From: Chloroflexota bacterium
GTDB taxonomy: Bacteria; Chloroflexota; Dehalococcoidia; FW602-bin16
Length of the DNA: 64,000 bases
Reading direction: 5' to 3'
NCBI GenBank assembly: GCA_004297765.1
Contig: SCTZ01000129.1
Coordinates: forward strand, 5,113-69,112
The notes below the pieces were generated by a model. It had not been told where the DNA came from and did no database searches. It saw only the letters and a program-made list of their open reading frames with translations. Made by a program: the position numbers and the translations under genes. Of this stretch, positions 1 to 9,088 are shown one piece after another. Each line of letters opens with the position of its first letter. Position 1 is the first letter of the stretch.

Positions 1-263
1 ACGACATCACCGCGCTGGGGCGAGCCAAGGGGAAAGAACACCTGGTTCGCGGGTAGCTGTAAGAAGGGCAGCAGACGGTTTATGTCATCCGTGTCGACGT
101 TGAAATAAACAGCCTTGTTGACGAGGAGGTATTGGCCGCTATGCAAGCTGGGTTCCATGCTCGAGCCTTCGACTCGGAAGTTCTGAACGACCATCCGCAC
201 CGCGAAGAAGATGAGCAGGGTTAGGAGGATGGTTTCAAGAACTTCTTTTACTGCTGATTTCAT
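1..263 (-). CDS. lepB: Signal peptidase I, N-terminal part (the gene runs off the window start)
   Basis: Reverse-strand translation from the ATG at 263-261 gives MKSAVKEVLETILLTLLIFFAVRMVVQNFRVEGSSMEPSLHSGQYLLVNK...GSPQRGDVV. It has an N-terminal TM helix, the catalytic-Ser box SSMEPSL and the RGDVV box typical of type I signal peptidases. It is absent from the ORF track because it is truncated by the window edge. Confidence 0.8.
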   Translation of the reverse strand, partial: MKSAVKEVLETILLTLLIFFAVRMVVQNFRVEGSSMEPSLHSGQYLLVNKAVYFNVDTDDINRLLPFLQLPANQVFFPLGSPQRGDV

Positions 264-494
264 TCTCGGTACTCAGCCTGCACTGTTCTCCCACGTCCCC
301 CCGGGATCGGTCGCTCGTGCCATACGAGCCGCTGAAATTCATTATACCGGATAGCAACCCACAATTCTAGCAAGCTTCCCCACGGCGTCATCTTAGTCGA
401 TCAGCGTTGACAGGCTGAGCTTCGGTTCGTAAGATGTCGACGGCAGCGAGTCCCCATCGATCGGACAAGGCTTCTGCCGAAGGAGAACGGTTTC

Positions 495-1328
495 ATGCGG
501 CCACCCATCGACCAGCAAAAAGCCTCTGTTGCCTGGCGAAGCGTCGAGTTGGCACGACACCCCGAGCGCCCGCTTACGCTCGACTATATTCGGCTCATTC
601 TCTCCGATTTCGTCGAGCTGCACGGCGATCGCCGCTATAGCGACGATGCCGCACTGGTCGGAGGGCTGGCGCGCTTCGGCAATCGGACCGTTGTGGTCAT
701 CGGACATCAAAAAGGCCGTGACACGCAGGAAAACGTCCGTCGCAACTTCGGCATGCCACACCCGGAGGGATTTCGGAAGGCGGCGCGCTTGATGGCGCAC
801 GCCGAGAAGTTCGGCTTCCCCATCATCTCCTTCATCGACACGCCCGGGGCCAGTCCCGATATGGAGGCCGAGGAAAGAGGGCAGGCCCAGGCCATCGCCG
901 AGAATCTGCTGCTAATGGCTCAACTGCGTGTTCCTATCATCGGCTGCGTCATTGGCGAGGGCAACAGCGGCGGTGCGCTGGCCATCGGCGTGGCGGATCG
1001 TCTGCTTATGCTGGAGCACGCCTACTTCTCCGTTGTGTCGCCCGAGGGGTGCGCCTCCATCCTGTGGCGCGACACCGCCTTCGCCCCACAGGCAGCCCAG
1101 GCCATGCGCATCACGGCCGGCGACCTCCTGGAGCTGCGGGTCGTCGACGAAGTGATCGCCGAGCCCACGGGTGGAGCCCACCTGAGTCCAGAGACCACGG
1201 CCGCCGCCCTCAAAGAGGCGCTTTCCCGCCACCTGACCGAGCTGACTCAGCTCGATGCCGACGGGCTGATCGCCGCTCGACACGAGAAGTACCGACAGCT
1301 GGGCACGGTCCTCCAGGAGCTGTCCTGA
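495..1328 (+). CDS. accA: Acetyl-CoA carboxylase carboxyltransferase alpha subunit
   Basis: 277 aa. [71 protein letters not shown] and [14 protein letters not shown] are near-identical to the conserved AccA blocks of E. coli and B. subtilis. Confidence 0.9.
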   Translation: MRPPIDQQKASVAWRSVELARHPERPLTLDYIRLILSDFVELHGDRRYSDDAALVGGLARFGNRTVVVIGHQKGRDTQENVRRNFGMPHPEGFRKAARLMAHAEKFGFPIISFIDTPGASPDMEAEERGQAQAIAENLLLMAQLRVPIIGCVIGEGNSGGALAIGVADRLLMLEHAYFSVVSPEGCASILWRDTAFAPQAAQAMRITAGDLLELRVVDEVIAEPTGGAHLSPETTAAALKEALSRHLTELTQLDADGLIAARHEKYRQLGTVLQELS

Positions 1329-1356
1329 GTAGCACAGAAACCTTCTCAGGCACCCT

Positions 1357-2391
1357 CTACGCGTAGAACACGCGGGCAAGGTCGTACAGGCTCATGTCCA
1401 CCGTTCGATTGTGTGCCACGGCCTCGCGTAGTCGCACTGCCGTAATGCGGTTGTCCTTCAGCACCGGCAGGTAGCCCCATCGCTTTTCGTGGACCAGGTC
1501 CACAGCCGCCACCCCCACACGCGTGGCCAGTAGGCGATCGAAAACCGTCGGCGATCCCCCACGCTGCAGGTGCCCCAGCACTGTAACGCGGGACTCCAAC
1601 CCGGTGCGGCATTCGATCTCTCGGGCAACCCGATCGCCGATGCTCCGGCGGTCCAGCCGCATGTGCCCAAACGCATCCGTGGCACCCAGGTCGAACTCCT
1701 CGGGTAGATCGGTGATCTTGGCCCCCTCCGCCACCACGATGATGTTGAACGGCTTGCCGCGCTGGCGACCGCCGGCGATTTGTTCGCACATCTGGGCGAT
1801 AGTGCACGGCATCTCGGGAATGGCGATGAAATCCGCTCCACCAGCTAGCCCGCCAACGACGGCCACCCACCCCGCGTCGCGGCCCATCACCTCCACCACC
1901 ATCACGCGCCGATGGGCACTCGCCGTCGTGTTCAGCTTGTCAAGCGCAAACACTACCGTCGAAACCGCAGTATCAAAGCCGATGCAGTAGTCGGTCTCCG
2001 CTATATCGTTGTCCATGGTCTTTGGCACACCGACCGCGGGTATTCCCATCTCCGCCAGTGCCGCGGCCACGCTCAAGGTGTCGTCGCCGCCAATGGCCAC
2101 CAGCGCATCGATCCCGAACTTCTTGAGATTAGCCTGCAACTCCTTCCGGTGCTGCTCCGTCTTCAGCGGGTTGGTCCGGGTCGTGCCGAGAATCGTGCCA
2201 CCGAGGGGCATGATATACGCGACGTCATCGCGACGAAGGGGTCTGACGTTCCCCTCGCCCAGCAACCCAGCCCAGCCATCCACGATTCCCAGGACCTCAT
2301 ATCCGTAGAACTCGGCCCGGTACACCACGGCCCGGATGGCCGCATTCAGACCGGGTGCGTCACCGCCGCCGGTCAATACTCCGATACGCAT
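1357..2391 (-). CDS. pfkA: 6-phosphofructokinase (ATP- or PPi-dependent; not distinguished)
   Basis: 344 aa. The N-terminus MRIGVLTGGGDAPGLNAAIRAVV plus GGDDTL, PKTMDNDI and the MGR...G motifs are characteristic of the PFK family. Confidence 0.9.
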   Translation of the reverse strand: MRIGVLTGGGDAPGLNAAIRAVVYRAEFYGYEVLGIVDGWAGLLGEGNVRPLRRDDVAYIMPLGGTILGTTRTNPLKTEQHRKELQANLKKFGIDALVAIGGDDTLSVAAALAEMGIPAVGVPKTMDNDIAETDYCIGFDTAVSTVVFALDKLNTTASAHRRVMVVEVMGRDAGWVAVVGGLAGGADFIAIPEMPCTIAQMCEQIAGGRQRGKPFNIIVVAEGAKITDLPEEFDLGATDAFGHMRLDRRSIGDRVAREIECRTGLESRVTVLGHLQRGGSPTVFDRLLATRVGVAAVDLVHEKRWGYLPVLKDNRITAVRLREAVAHNRTVDMSLYDLARVFYA

Positions 2392-2654
2392 CTACCTACT
2401 CCTTCCCAGACCTACGCCCTTCCCTCGCCCAAGAGAAGCAGATGACAAGCACCCAGCGCGATTTTGGTCCGGCTCGAGGCTCCGCTCGGGAGCCTCACTG
2501 TGTTATACCCATATAATATTATGGAAACAAAAGCGGCTGCCGTCAAGGACATCCAGACGAGCGCTGTTCAGGCCGCCCTCGTAGGCCCTCGCGAAGCGTT
2601 GTGTTACTATGGAGGCACCACAATTCATGCCGGCTCCTTCCGGACCGAGGCGCG

Positions 2655-3254
2655 ATGGACGAAAACGAGCTCATAGCGCGCAGCCAGAAGAAAGACGTGG
2701 CAGCGTTCAACGTCCTGGTGGAACGCTACCAACAACTGGCCTACAACGTGGCACTCCGCATGCTGGGAGACGTCCAGTCCGCCGAGGATGCCACGCAGGA
2801 GGCTTTTGTTTCCGCCTTTGAGCACGTGAAGCAGTTCCGCGGCGGCAGCTTTCGCAGCTGGCTTCTCCGCATCGTCTCAAACGCCTGTCTGGACATGTTA
2901 CGATCGCGCAAGCGCCGTGCCAGCGTGCCGCTGGACGATCTCCCTGCCGACTGGGATTGCTCGCCGCTAGTGGCCGATCCCGACACGCCGGAGGAGTTCG
3001 TCCTACGCCGAGAGCTCAGCGCCCAGATCCAGCGCGCGCTCCTGGAGCTCCCTCCAGACCAGCGTGCCGCCGTCATCCTCTGCGACCTGCAGGGGCTGAG
3101 CTACGACGAGATCGCCATCATCACCGCGAGCTCTCTTGGCACGGTCAAATCGCGTATCAGTCGCGGACGAGCGCGCCTGCGCGATGTGCTACTCCGGGAC
3201 AGGGAACTTTTGGCCCCATCCCAGCGTCTTATCAACGAAGGGCAAGAAACATGA
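2655..3254 (+). CDS. ECF-type RNA polymerase sigma-70 family factor
   Basis: The internal ATG at 2655 gives MDENELIARSQKKDVAAFNVLVERYQQLAYNVALRMLGD..AEDATQEAFVSAF (region 2). Region 4 is DQRAAVILCDLQGLSYDEIAIITASSLGTVKSRISRGRARL. The stop overlaps the next start (ATGA at 3251-3254). Confidence 0.9.
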   Translation: MDENELIARSQKKDVAAFNVLVERYQQLAYNVALRMLGDVQSAEDATQEAFVSAFEHVKQFRGGSFRSWLLRIVSNACLDMLRSRKRRASVPLDDLPADWDCSPLVADPDTPEEFVLRRELSAQIQRALLELPPDQRAAVILCDLQGLSYDEIAIITASSLGTVKSRISRGRARLRDVLLRDRELLAPSQRLINEGQET

Positions 3255-4075
3255 GCTCAGCGTGTATCGAGGTCAGGGAGCTTCTCTCCCCCTATATTGA
3301 CGATCAGGTGACCCCGACGGAGCGAAGCACCGTGGAAACTCATCTGCGGGGATGCTCGGCGTGTGCGCGCGAGCTAGACACTCTGCGGGAGACGACGGCT
3401 CTGCTGCGACGCGTGCCCCAGGTGACCGTGCCGCGCTCCTTCACGCTGGAAGCGCCCCGACGGCAGCCCTCCGCGCTCTTCGCGTTCCTACGCGCTGGAT
3501 CCGCCCTGGCCACGGCCGTCTTCCTGGTGCTGCTGACTCTCGATGTCGTAACCTCGGGTGTCCTTCCCGTGGGCGGAGGATTCCTATCGTCTGCACCCAT
3601 CGCGAGCGAAGCGAATAGACCATCACCACCCGCCCCGCAGGCCGTGACTAGAAAAGAAGCTGCGTCGAAGGCTGACGATGGCCCCGCGGCCGCCCCGAGT
3701 CTTCGGTCCGCCCAACAGGAACAACTCGGAGCCGGTCAAGCTGCGAGTGCCGCGGCACCACAGGCGCAAGAGCTGAGCCCTGTGGCTCCCGCCGCTGCGC
3801 CACAGCCGCAAGGAGCGCCACCACTCCAATCCGATTCGGCCCTGAGCCGCCCGAATACCCAGCCGATGGCACCGTTCGGCTCTCCTACGAGCCCCGCGCC
3901 CGAGCCGGCAACGTCGGGTGATTCGGCGGCTTCCTCCGGCCCGACCCAACCCGAACAGGCGCTACGACTGGTGGAAGCCGCTGCTCTAGGCTTGGCCCTG
4001 GCGACGGGGATCGGCGCGCTCTGGTTTAGACGCAATACGACTCCAACAAGCAGCAGACGAAGCCAAAGGAGCTGA
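3251..4075 (+). CDS. Anti-sigma factor (zf-HC2 type), membrane-spanning
   Basis: MSSACIEVRELLSPYIDDQVTPTERSTVETHLRGCSACARELDTL carries the H-x3-C-x2-C zinc-finger anti-sigma motif. A TM helix follows (ALFAFLRAGSALATAVFLVLLTL), then an A/P/Q/S-rich low-complexity region and a second C-terminal hydrophobic helix. It is translationally coupled to the ECF sigma gene. Confidence 0.75.
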   Translation: MSSACIEVRELLSPYIDDQVTPTERSTVETHLRGCSACARELDTLRETTALLRRVPQVTVPRSFTLEAPRRQPSALFAFLRAGSALATAVFLVLLTLDVVTSGVLPVGGGFLSSAPIASEANRPSPPAPQAVTRKEAASKADDGPAAAPSLRSAQQEQLGAGQAASAAAPQAQELSPVAPAAAPQPQGAPPLQSDSALSRPNTQPMAPFGSPTSPAPEPATSGDSAASSGPTQPEQALRLVEAAALGLALATGIGALWFRRNTTPTSSRRSQRS

Positions 4076-4078
4076 CCG

Positions 4079-4519
4079 ATGACGAGAATCGTTGCCACCG
4101 TCCTTTTGCTGACCGGCGTGCTCGTGATGTCCTGTCAGACCACGTCCTCGGGACCCCCGTCAGATGACCAGGGGAAGTCAAAACCGGCCGCTAGCCCATC
4201 CCCGCAATCGACTCCCCCCTCCAGCCCGATTGCGGGCACGCCTGCGCAACCCACGGACAGCCCAAGCCAAGGGGAGACGCAGGTGGCAAACGTGGCCAGC
4301 AAGCAGCTTGCCGCCGATAGGGGCATCCCGATAGACCAGATCCAGGTAGTCAAAGTAGAGCAAGTGGAGTGGTCGGATACCAGCCTGGGCTGCCCGAAGC
4401 CCGGGTTCTTCTACGCCCAGGTGGTAACTCCCGGCTACAGGGTCATTCTATCTGCCCAGGGGACGACCTACGAGTACCACACGGCGGGGACGGAACGAGC
4501 GGTGTTGTGCGAGATGTAG
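4079..4519 (+). CDS. Predicted lipoprotein of unknown function
   Basis: 146 aa. The signal peptide has a lipobox-like LVMSC, followed by a P/S-rich linker and a C-terminal globular domain with two Cys (SLGCPKPG...AVLCE). It lies 3 nt downstream of the anti-sigma gene, so it is probably in the same operon. Confidence 0.55.
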   Translation: MTRIVATVLLLTGVLVMSCQTTSSGPPSDDQGKSKPAASPSPQSTPPSSPIAGTPAQPTDSPSQGETQVANVASKQLAADRGIPIDQIQVVKVEQVEWSDTSLGCPKPGFFYAQVVTPGYRVILSAQGTTYEYHTAGTERAVLCEM

Positions 4520-4542
4520 CAAGAGGAGCGAGACACCAGCAG

Positions 4543-4728
4543 TTACCTTAGCAGCCCTAGCCGCCGCATGTCTTCCTGCATCCAGCCAGCATCGGCAATT
4601 ATCCGGCTCAAAGTGCCAAGTGGTATGGTAGCACCCGATGAATGGATAGCCACCATTACCTTGCGGTCACCACGACGGTACATAGCATGGCTACCAGTCT
4701 GATGAGTTCTCTGAAAGCCATCTCGCAC
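4543..4728 (-). CDS. hicA: HicA-family mRNA interferase toxin
   Basis: The GSH motif (THQTGSHAMYRR) and C-terminal IPLGTLSRIIADAGW match the HicA/YcfA pattern. The ORF-track start is a GTG, and the conserved N-terminal residues extend upstream of it (see finding). Confidence 0.7.
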   Translation of the reverse strand: MRDGFQRTHQTGSHAMYRRGDRKVMVAIHSSGATIPLGTLSRIIADAGWMQEDMRRLGLLR

Positions 4729-4776
4729 CAGGGCGGCAATAAGACGCCGGGTAGAGACGTTGCGTGGCTTAGGGGC

Positions 4777-5007
4777 TCACAGTGTGACAGCGGCCACCGG
4801 GGCATCCACGACCTCGACATCGGGCGGCAGAGGCTCGCCATGAGCGAGGAGGTCCTCAACGCAGCAACGCACAGCATCCTGGATGTGGATGAGGGCTTCT
4901 TCCTTGGTGTTGCCCCAAGTATAGCAGGCCGGCAAGCTTGGAACGACAGCGTTCCAGCGGCCGTCTTCGTCCTGGCTCAAGTCAACTCTGAAGATATAGG
5001 ATTTCAT
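4777..5007 (-). CDS. hicB: HicB-family antitoxin (UPF0150-like, short form)
   Basis: The ATG at 5007 is preceded by GGTAGGAG. MKSYIFRVDLSQDEDGRWNAVVPSLPACYTWGNTKEEALIHIQDAV matches the HicB N-terminal domain pattern. Its TGA (4779-4777) abuts the hicA reading frame. Confidence 0.75.
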   Translation of the reverse strand: MKSYIFRVDLSQDEDGRWNAVVPSLPACYTWGNTKEEALIHIQDAVRCCVEDLLAHGEPLPPDVEVVDAPVAAVTL

Positions 5008-5196
5008 TTGTACGACTCCTACCCCACCTATTGTAGCATGCACGCGAGGGTCGCGGGTAGGTCTTCATCGCGTCCGATGAGGAGATCCGTCCAAGATCAC
5101 GTGGCACAGTTCAGCGGCTGGCGTCCTTCCATAACCCACAGGGGCGACCATGTGGTCGCCCCTGCGCTCAGTCTGCAGCCGTATTGTCGTCGTCCG

Positions 5197-7206
5197 CTAC
5201 CGTCTTCCCGCCGTGGGCGTGGCCGTGGGGACCGCGGCCGCCTTCGTGGGCGTGGGTGGCGGCGAGGTTGGCTGAGGGGTCGGGGTCTCCTCGGCCGGCT
5301 CGGCCGTCGCGACCGGCGTGGGGGTGACCGTCATGATCTCCTGCGGCGGGGCCGGTGCGCCGCCAGTGCCGATAAGAAGCACGTTGCGCTCCGGCCGGAA
5401 GCGAGTAAAGACCTTATCCTGACTGACGACCTGGCTGACACGCTGCACCGTTCGGTAGAACGTGATGTCTACGCCATCGATCGCGGTCTCCACCCAGACC
5501 TCGCGCCCCTTGGCCATCGCCGGGGTATACTGCTTGATGATGGAAGGATCGGCCTTCACGACGTTCGCCAGCTCTGGACCCTTGGTGGTGACTGTCCAAT
5601 CCGGCTTCGTGCCATACAAGCTGACGTACATATACTGGCCGTCGGTGCGCGTCTGGATCAGGAGGTAGTTGTCCGTATTGTTGCGGAACTTGAAGTCCAC
5701 GTCCGGCGGGTAGATCGTGGCATCCAGACCGGTCATTGTCGGCTGGCCGGCCATCGGCGCCTCATAGCGCAGGATACGATAGGCGTGCGGGATCCGTTCC
5801 ACGATCTCGTAGCCCGCTAGGAAGATGCTCTGGAAGGTGGTGGTCGAGACCTGGCAGATCCCGCCTCCGGGATCAGGCAGAGTATCGGCGCCGATGATGG
5901 CGAAACCCAGCTTGTAGCCGTTCTCTTCGGTCACGTCGCCGACCTCATCGACGAAGCTAAAGACGTCACCCGGCGCCACCACCACGCCATGGATGCGGGA
6001 GGTCCCCAACTCGACGTTGTAGCGGCGCTCTGCCGCGCCTCCGCTATAGTCAGTGCGTCGTTGTACGATCAACTCCTTGATGCCCAGCTTGGCCCCATCG
6101 TTCGGTCCGACCGCGGGCTTGGCAACCTTCATCGGCACTTCCAGTTTCCTGTCGCCCGAGGACACCGCCACAGTTTGGAGGCTCTGCACGAACTGATCCG
6201 CGTCCAGCTCTCGCCCTTCGCGCCCCTGTGTGATGGCCTTCAGATTGCCGCCGCTGTAGTCAAAGCGAGCGTTCAAACCCTTCTGAAGCACTTCTTCCCC
6301 GATCTTGTCGGCCAGTTCGCGCACCGCATCTGGGTTGAGCGCAGCGGAGACCTGGTGCTTGCCATTGACCTGCGTACTCTGAAAGGTTACCATGCCGACC
6401 AGCTTGTCCGGTGGCAAAGTCCATTTGTCCACTACCTTCCCATCGAACGTGAACTGGATCGGAGCCGCGATCATCTGCTGAGCCATCGCCCTGGCTGGCG
6501 CCAGATCCTGTTCGGTGATCTGCGGCGCAGCTCGGGTGACGGGGATAGTGATGGGATTCGAGGAGAGCGCCCGCACCTCCTTCTCGATCTCATCCCGCAG
6601 CTTGGCCTCATCGAGCGCGAGCCCCTCTTTAGGAGGCAACAGACGCACCTGGTCCCCGTCGATCTTCAAGGCCCCGTTGACAACGCTCTGATCGATCTGC
6701 AGTGAAAGCCGCTTGGCGAAGGCGGCGAACTTATCTCCGTCCAGACTGTAAATCGGCTCCAGGCTCACGCCAGCGCCGAGCGCCCCGACCTGGGCGATGA
6801 GCTTATCCAGCGGGTTCCCTTCCTTGCCGGACTGCAAAGCCTTGTCGATCGTCTTCTGCGTGTCGAATCGCACCCCCATCTGCGCGGGCGAGGATTTGAA
6901 CTCCTGACCACCCTGCCGCAACACAATGGTGCCAGCCTCATACGAGGTCAGCTTGGCCTGCAGCACCTTGCTGGCATCATCGCGATCGAGCCCGCCCACG
7001 TCGACTCCATGCACCTTGAGACCCAGGATCACCCGATCTCTATACACCACCTGGTAGGCGATCACCCCAGCCACGGCAACTACCAGTATGGCAAGCCCCA
7101 GCAGGATCATCATCTGTAGCGAGCCCGGCCCGGTCGTCTGGAGCGTGTCCGCCCCCGGTCCCTCCGGTCTCTTGCCTCTACCCTCAATATCCCCTCTGGT
7201 CCTCAT
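5197..7206 (-). CDS. VanW-domain protein with N-terminal membrane anchor and C-terminal Pro/Thr-rich tail
   Basis: 669 aa. It has a TM helix MMILLGLAILVVAVAGVIAY. The VanW core is GVVVAPGDVFSFVDEVGDVTEENGYKLGFAI...GGGICQVSTTTFQSIFLAGYEIVERIPHAY. The tail is PTPVATAEPAEETPTPQPTSPPPTPT. The exact start (7206 or an internal Met) is uncertain. Confidence 0.85.
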   Translation of the reverse strand: MRTRGDIEGRGKRPEGPGADTLQTTGPGSLQMMILLGLAILVVAVAGVIAYQVVYRDRVILGLKVHGVDVGGLDRDDASKVLQAKLTSYEAGTIVLRQGGQEFKSSPAQMGVRFDTQKTIDKALQSGKEGNPLDKLIAQVGALGAGVSLEPIYSLDGDKFAAFAKRLSLQIDQSVVNGALKIDGDQVRLLPPKEGLALDEAKLRDEIEKEVRALSSNPITIPVTRAAPQITEQDLAPARAMAQQMIAAPIQFTFDGKVVDKWTLPPDKLVGMVTFQSTQVNGKHQVSAALNPDAVRELADKIGEEVLQKGLNARFDYSGGNLKAITQGREGRELDADQFVQSLQTVAVSSGDRKLEVPMKVAKPAVGPNDGAKLGIKELIVQRRTDYSGGAAERRYNVELGTSRIHGVVVAPGDVFSFVDEVGDVTEENGYKLGFAIIGADTLPDPGGGICQVSTTTFQSIFLAGYEIVERIPHAYRILRYEAPMAGQPTMTGLDATIYPPDVDFKFRNNTDNYLLIQTRTDGQYMYVSLYGTKPDWTVTTKGPELANVVKADPSIIKQYTPAMAKGREVWVETAIDGVDITFYRTVQRVSQVVSQDKVFTRFRPERNVLLIGTGGAPAPPQEIMTVTPTPVATAEPAEETPTPQPTSPPPTPTKAAAVPTATPTAGRR

Positions 7207-7545
7207 GGATTATCCCTTCCCTAGTGCAGGATCAGCGGACCTACTCGGGAACACCCCGCGCCACCCCGCATTCAGTCGGGGTTCTCGGTCGCCCATGGCG
7301 ACCGGACCCCGGTCTGACGACGCACTTGATCAACCACAGCCAGGTCAGAGGCTCGACGTCCCCGGCAAAACTTGCCGATCTCTCACCTCCATGCTTAGCC
7401 TGTTCCCTGTCACTTTGCACCGGATTATAACGCAGCCCTAGCGACGAAGCAACCCAGGGTCCGCGCCAGAATGACGATCTTCGAGGAGCCTTGTTTTCTC
7501 TTTCTCCAGAGTCTATCCTTTAACGTAGTGGGGAGGGGGAGGAGT

Positions 7546-8028
7546 ATGAACGTCATGCGCTTCACTATCGTCGATTCTTCAGGAACCGTCAGCTTCGTGG
7601 GACCCTGCGAGGCGATGCAGCCGCTGGTTGCCGCCTGCGCGGAGAACCCGGAGACTCTGGAGGATCTGCTAGCCATCGTCGATCGCTACTTCCCCCAGTT
7701 GAGAGACGAGGTACTGAGTGGACTGGCCGTCTTCGACGAGCACAACTCCAACCGCGTCTTCGACGATATCCACGCGGCCCTGGACCTTCTCAAGCCATAC
7801 GAGCTTCCGACTTTTCGTGTAGTCGACAAACGAACGTCGAGCGCGAGTCTGCAGCCGGTGAAGGCCGGATTGATTATCTTCAACCTGCCCGCCAGGCGTA
7901 TCATACAAGTCCAGAACAGCTACGTCGAGATCCAGCGCTCCGGACGTCTCATAACACATCCCACCGCGGCGTCAACCTCGCGGATGCTCCACTACGAGCT
8001 ACCCAAGGAGTGGTCACTCGTGCCGTAG
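7546..8028 (+). CDS. Hypothetical protein
   Basis: The ATG at 7546 directly follows a strong GGGAGGGGGAGGAG Shine-Dalgarno stretch. The 160-aa product has non-repetitive composition and I recognise no family. Its 3' end overlaps the convergent ligase gene by 37 nt. Confidence 0.45.
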   Translation: MNVMRFTIVDSSGTVSFVGPCEAMQPLVAACAENPETLEDLLAIVDRYFPQLRDEVLSGLAVFDEHNSNRVFDDIHAALDLLKPYELPTFRVVDKRTSSASLQPVKAGLIIFNLPARRIIQVQNSYVEIQRSGRLITHPTAASTSRMLHYELPKEWSLVP

Positions 8029-9005
8029 TTTTGCAGCAGCTCCATCTCTTCAATCTCGCATTCCTGGACCGGCTTGTCCTTGCGAAGGGATAGAAAGCGT
8101 GGACCGCGCAGCTTGAGGTCCGGGGTCCACTCGATGTACTGGACTTCGGCCACCAGTTCCGGCCGCAGCCAGTGGGTCGGTCTGGCGGTGCGCGGCATCT
8201 CGGCGAATGGGCAGATCGGTGACTCCCTTTGGACGAGCTTGGCGTGCAAGGCTGCCAGGGTCTCATTGTCGAATCCGCTGCCAACCTGCCCCACGTGGAG
8301 AAGCGAAGAGCCCCTATAGGTCCCAAGAACCAGCGAACCCAGCAGGCCGGCGCGCCGCCCCTGCCCTTCGGTGAAGCCGCAGACGACGCAGTCCTGCACC
8401 TTGGTCTTCAGTATCTTGAGCCAGAGCGCACTGCGCTGGCCCGGTAGATACTGGCTAGATTTCTCTTTGGCGACCACGCCGTGTAATCCCAGATGGTTGA
8501 TCTTTTTGAAGAATGCGCTGCCGCGCTCGTCGATCCAGGTGCCCAGAACCAGATGGTTGCCCTGCTGCACCATCCGACACAGCATATCCTTGCGCTCAAG
8601 CAAGGGAAACCGCGTCAGTAGCCTTCCATCTGTGCGAAGGACGTCGAAGGCAATGAAGAGGGCCGGCTGGCTACGCGCGAGAACGGCGCTGGTTCTTTCA
8701 TCGGACTGATTGCGACGTGCCAGCGCACGGGCATCGGGCTTGCCCGATATAGAGACGATGATCTCACCGTCTAGAACCACCTCGGAAGCAGTGTTAATCT
8801 GACGATGTAGCGACAACAGCTCGGGATACCGGCCGGAAATGTCGTCCCCGGTCCTGTCCAGCAGCCGCGTTCCCTCTTCGCTCAGGTAGGCCATACAGCG
8901 AATGCCATCCCATTTGGCTTCGAAGATATGTTTGGGTGAATCAAACACCTGTGTTGTCAAACAGGCCAGCATCGGTCGGATCTCGGTTTCGAGAGACGAA
9001 CTCAT
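7992..9005 (-). CDS. ATP-dependent DNA ligase (stand-alone adenylation plus OB domains, LigC/LigD-ligase-like)
   Basis: 337 aa. The motif I lysine box is FEAKWDGIRCMAYL (KxDG). Downstream blocks are LDGEIIV, FIAFDVL and GVVAKEKSSQY, and the C-terminal OB domain carries LRGPRFLSLRKDKP. Confidence 0.85.
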   Translation of the reverse strand: MSSSLETEIRPMLACLTTQVFDSPKHIFEAKWDGIRCMAYLSEEGTRLLDRTGDDISGRYPELLSLHRQINTASEVVLDGEIIVSISGKPDARALARRNQSDERTSAVLARSQPALFIAFDVLRTDGRLLTRFPLLERKDMLCRMVQQGNHLVLGTWIDERGSAFFKKINHLGLHGVVAKEKSSQYLPGQRSALWLKILKTKVQDCVVCGFTEGQGRRAGLLGSLVLGTYRGSSLLHVGQVGSGFDNETLAALHAKLVQRESPICPFAEMPRTARPTHWLRPELVAEVQYIEWTPDLKLRGPRFLSLRKDKPVQECEIEEMELLQNYGTSDHSLGSS

Positions 9006-9088
9006 CGCGCTTCTCTCCTATCCCTCGCTCAGAGAGCCCCCACCGCCCAGTTTGCCCCTCCTCTCAGGTGGGATGATCTCAGTTGACC

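Noticed and set aside
2957-4075. The 372-aa ORF-track product spanning the end of the sigma-factor gene and the anti-sigma gene. The 419-aa ORF 30355-31614 and the 611-aa extension of pgi are similar cases.
   Set aside because: The N-terminal portions overlap a well-supported gene in another frame and are Arg/Pro-rich. Internal starts (3251, 30733, 14747) coincide with ATGA coupling or strong RBSs and with the beginning of the recognisable domains.
7207-7430. A possible ydaO/c-di-AMP riboswitch upstream of the VanW gene, suggested by the CGGGGAC/CGGGGUC motifs and the cell-wall gene context.
   Set aside because: The highly conserved 3' block of that class (ACCCGA.CCG.CAGCUAACC.CGUAAGC) is absent; the closest stretch is GGUCCGCUGAUCCUGCACUAGGG. 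It is kept only as an unassigned structured leader.
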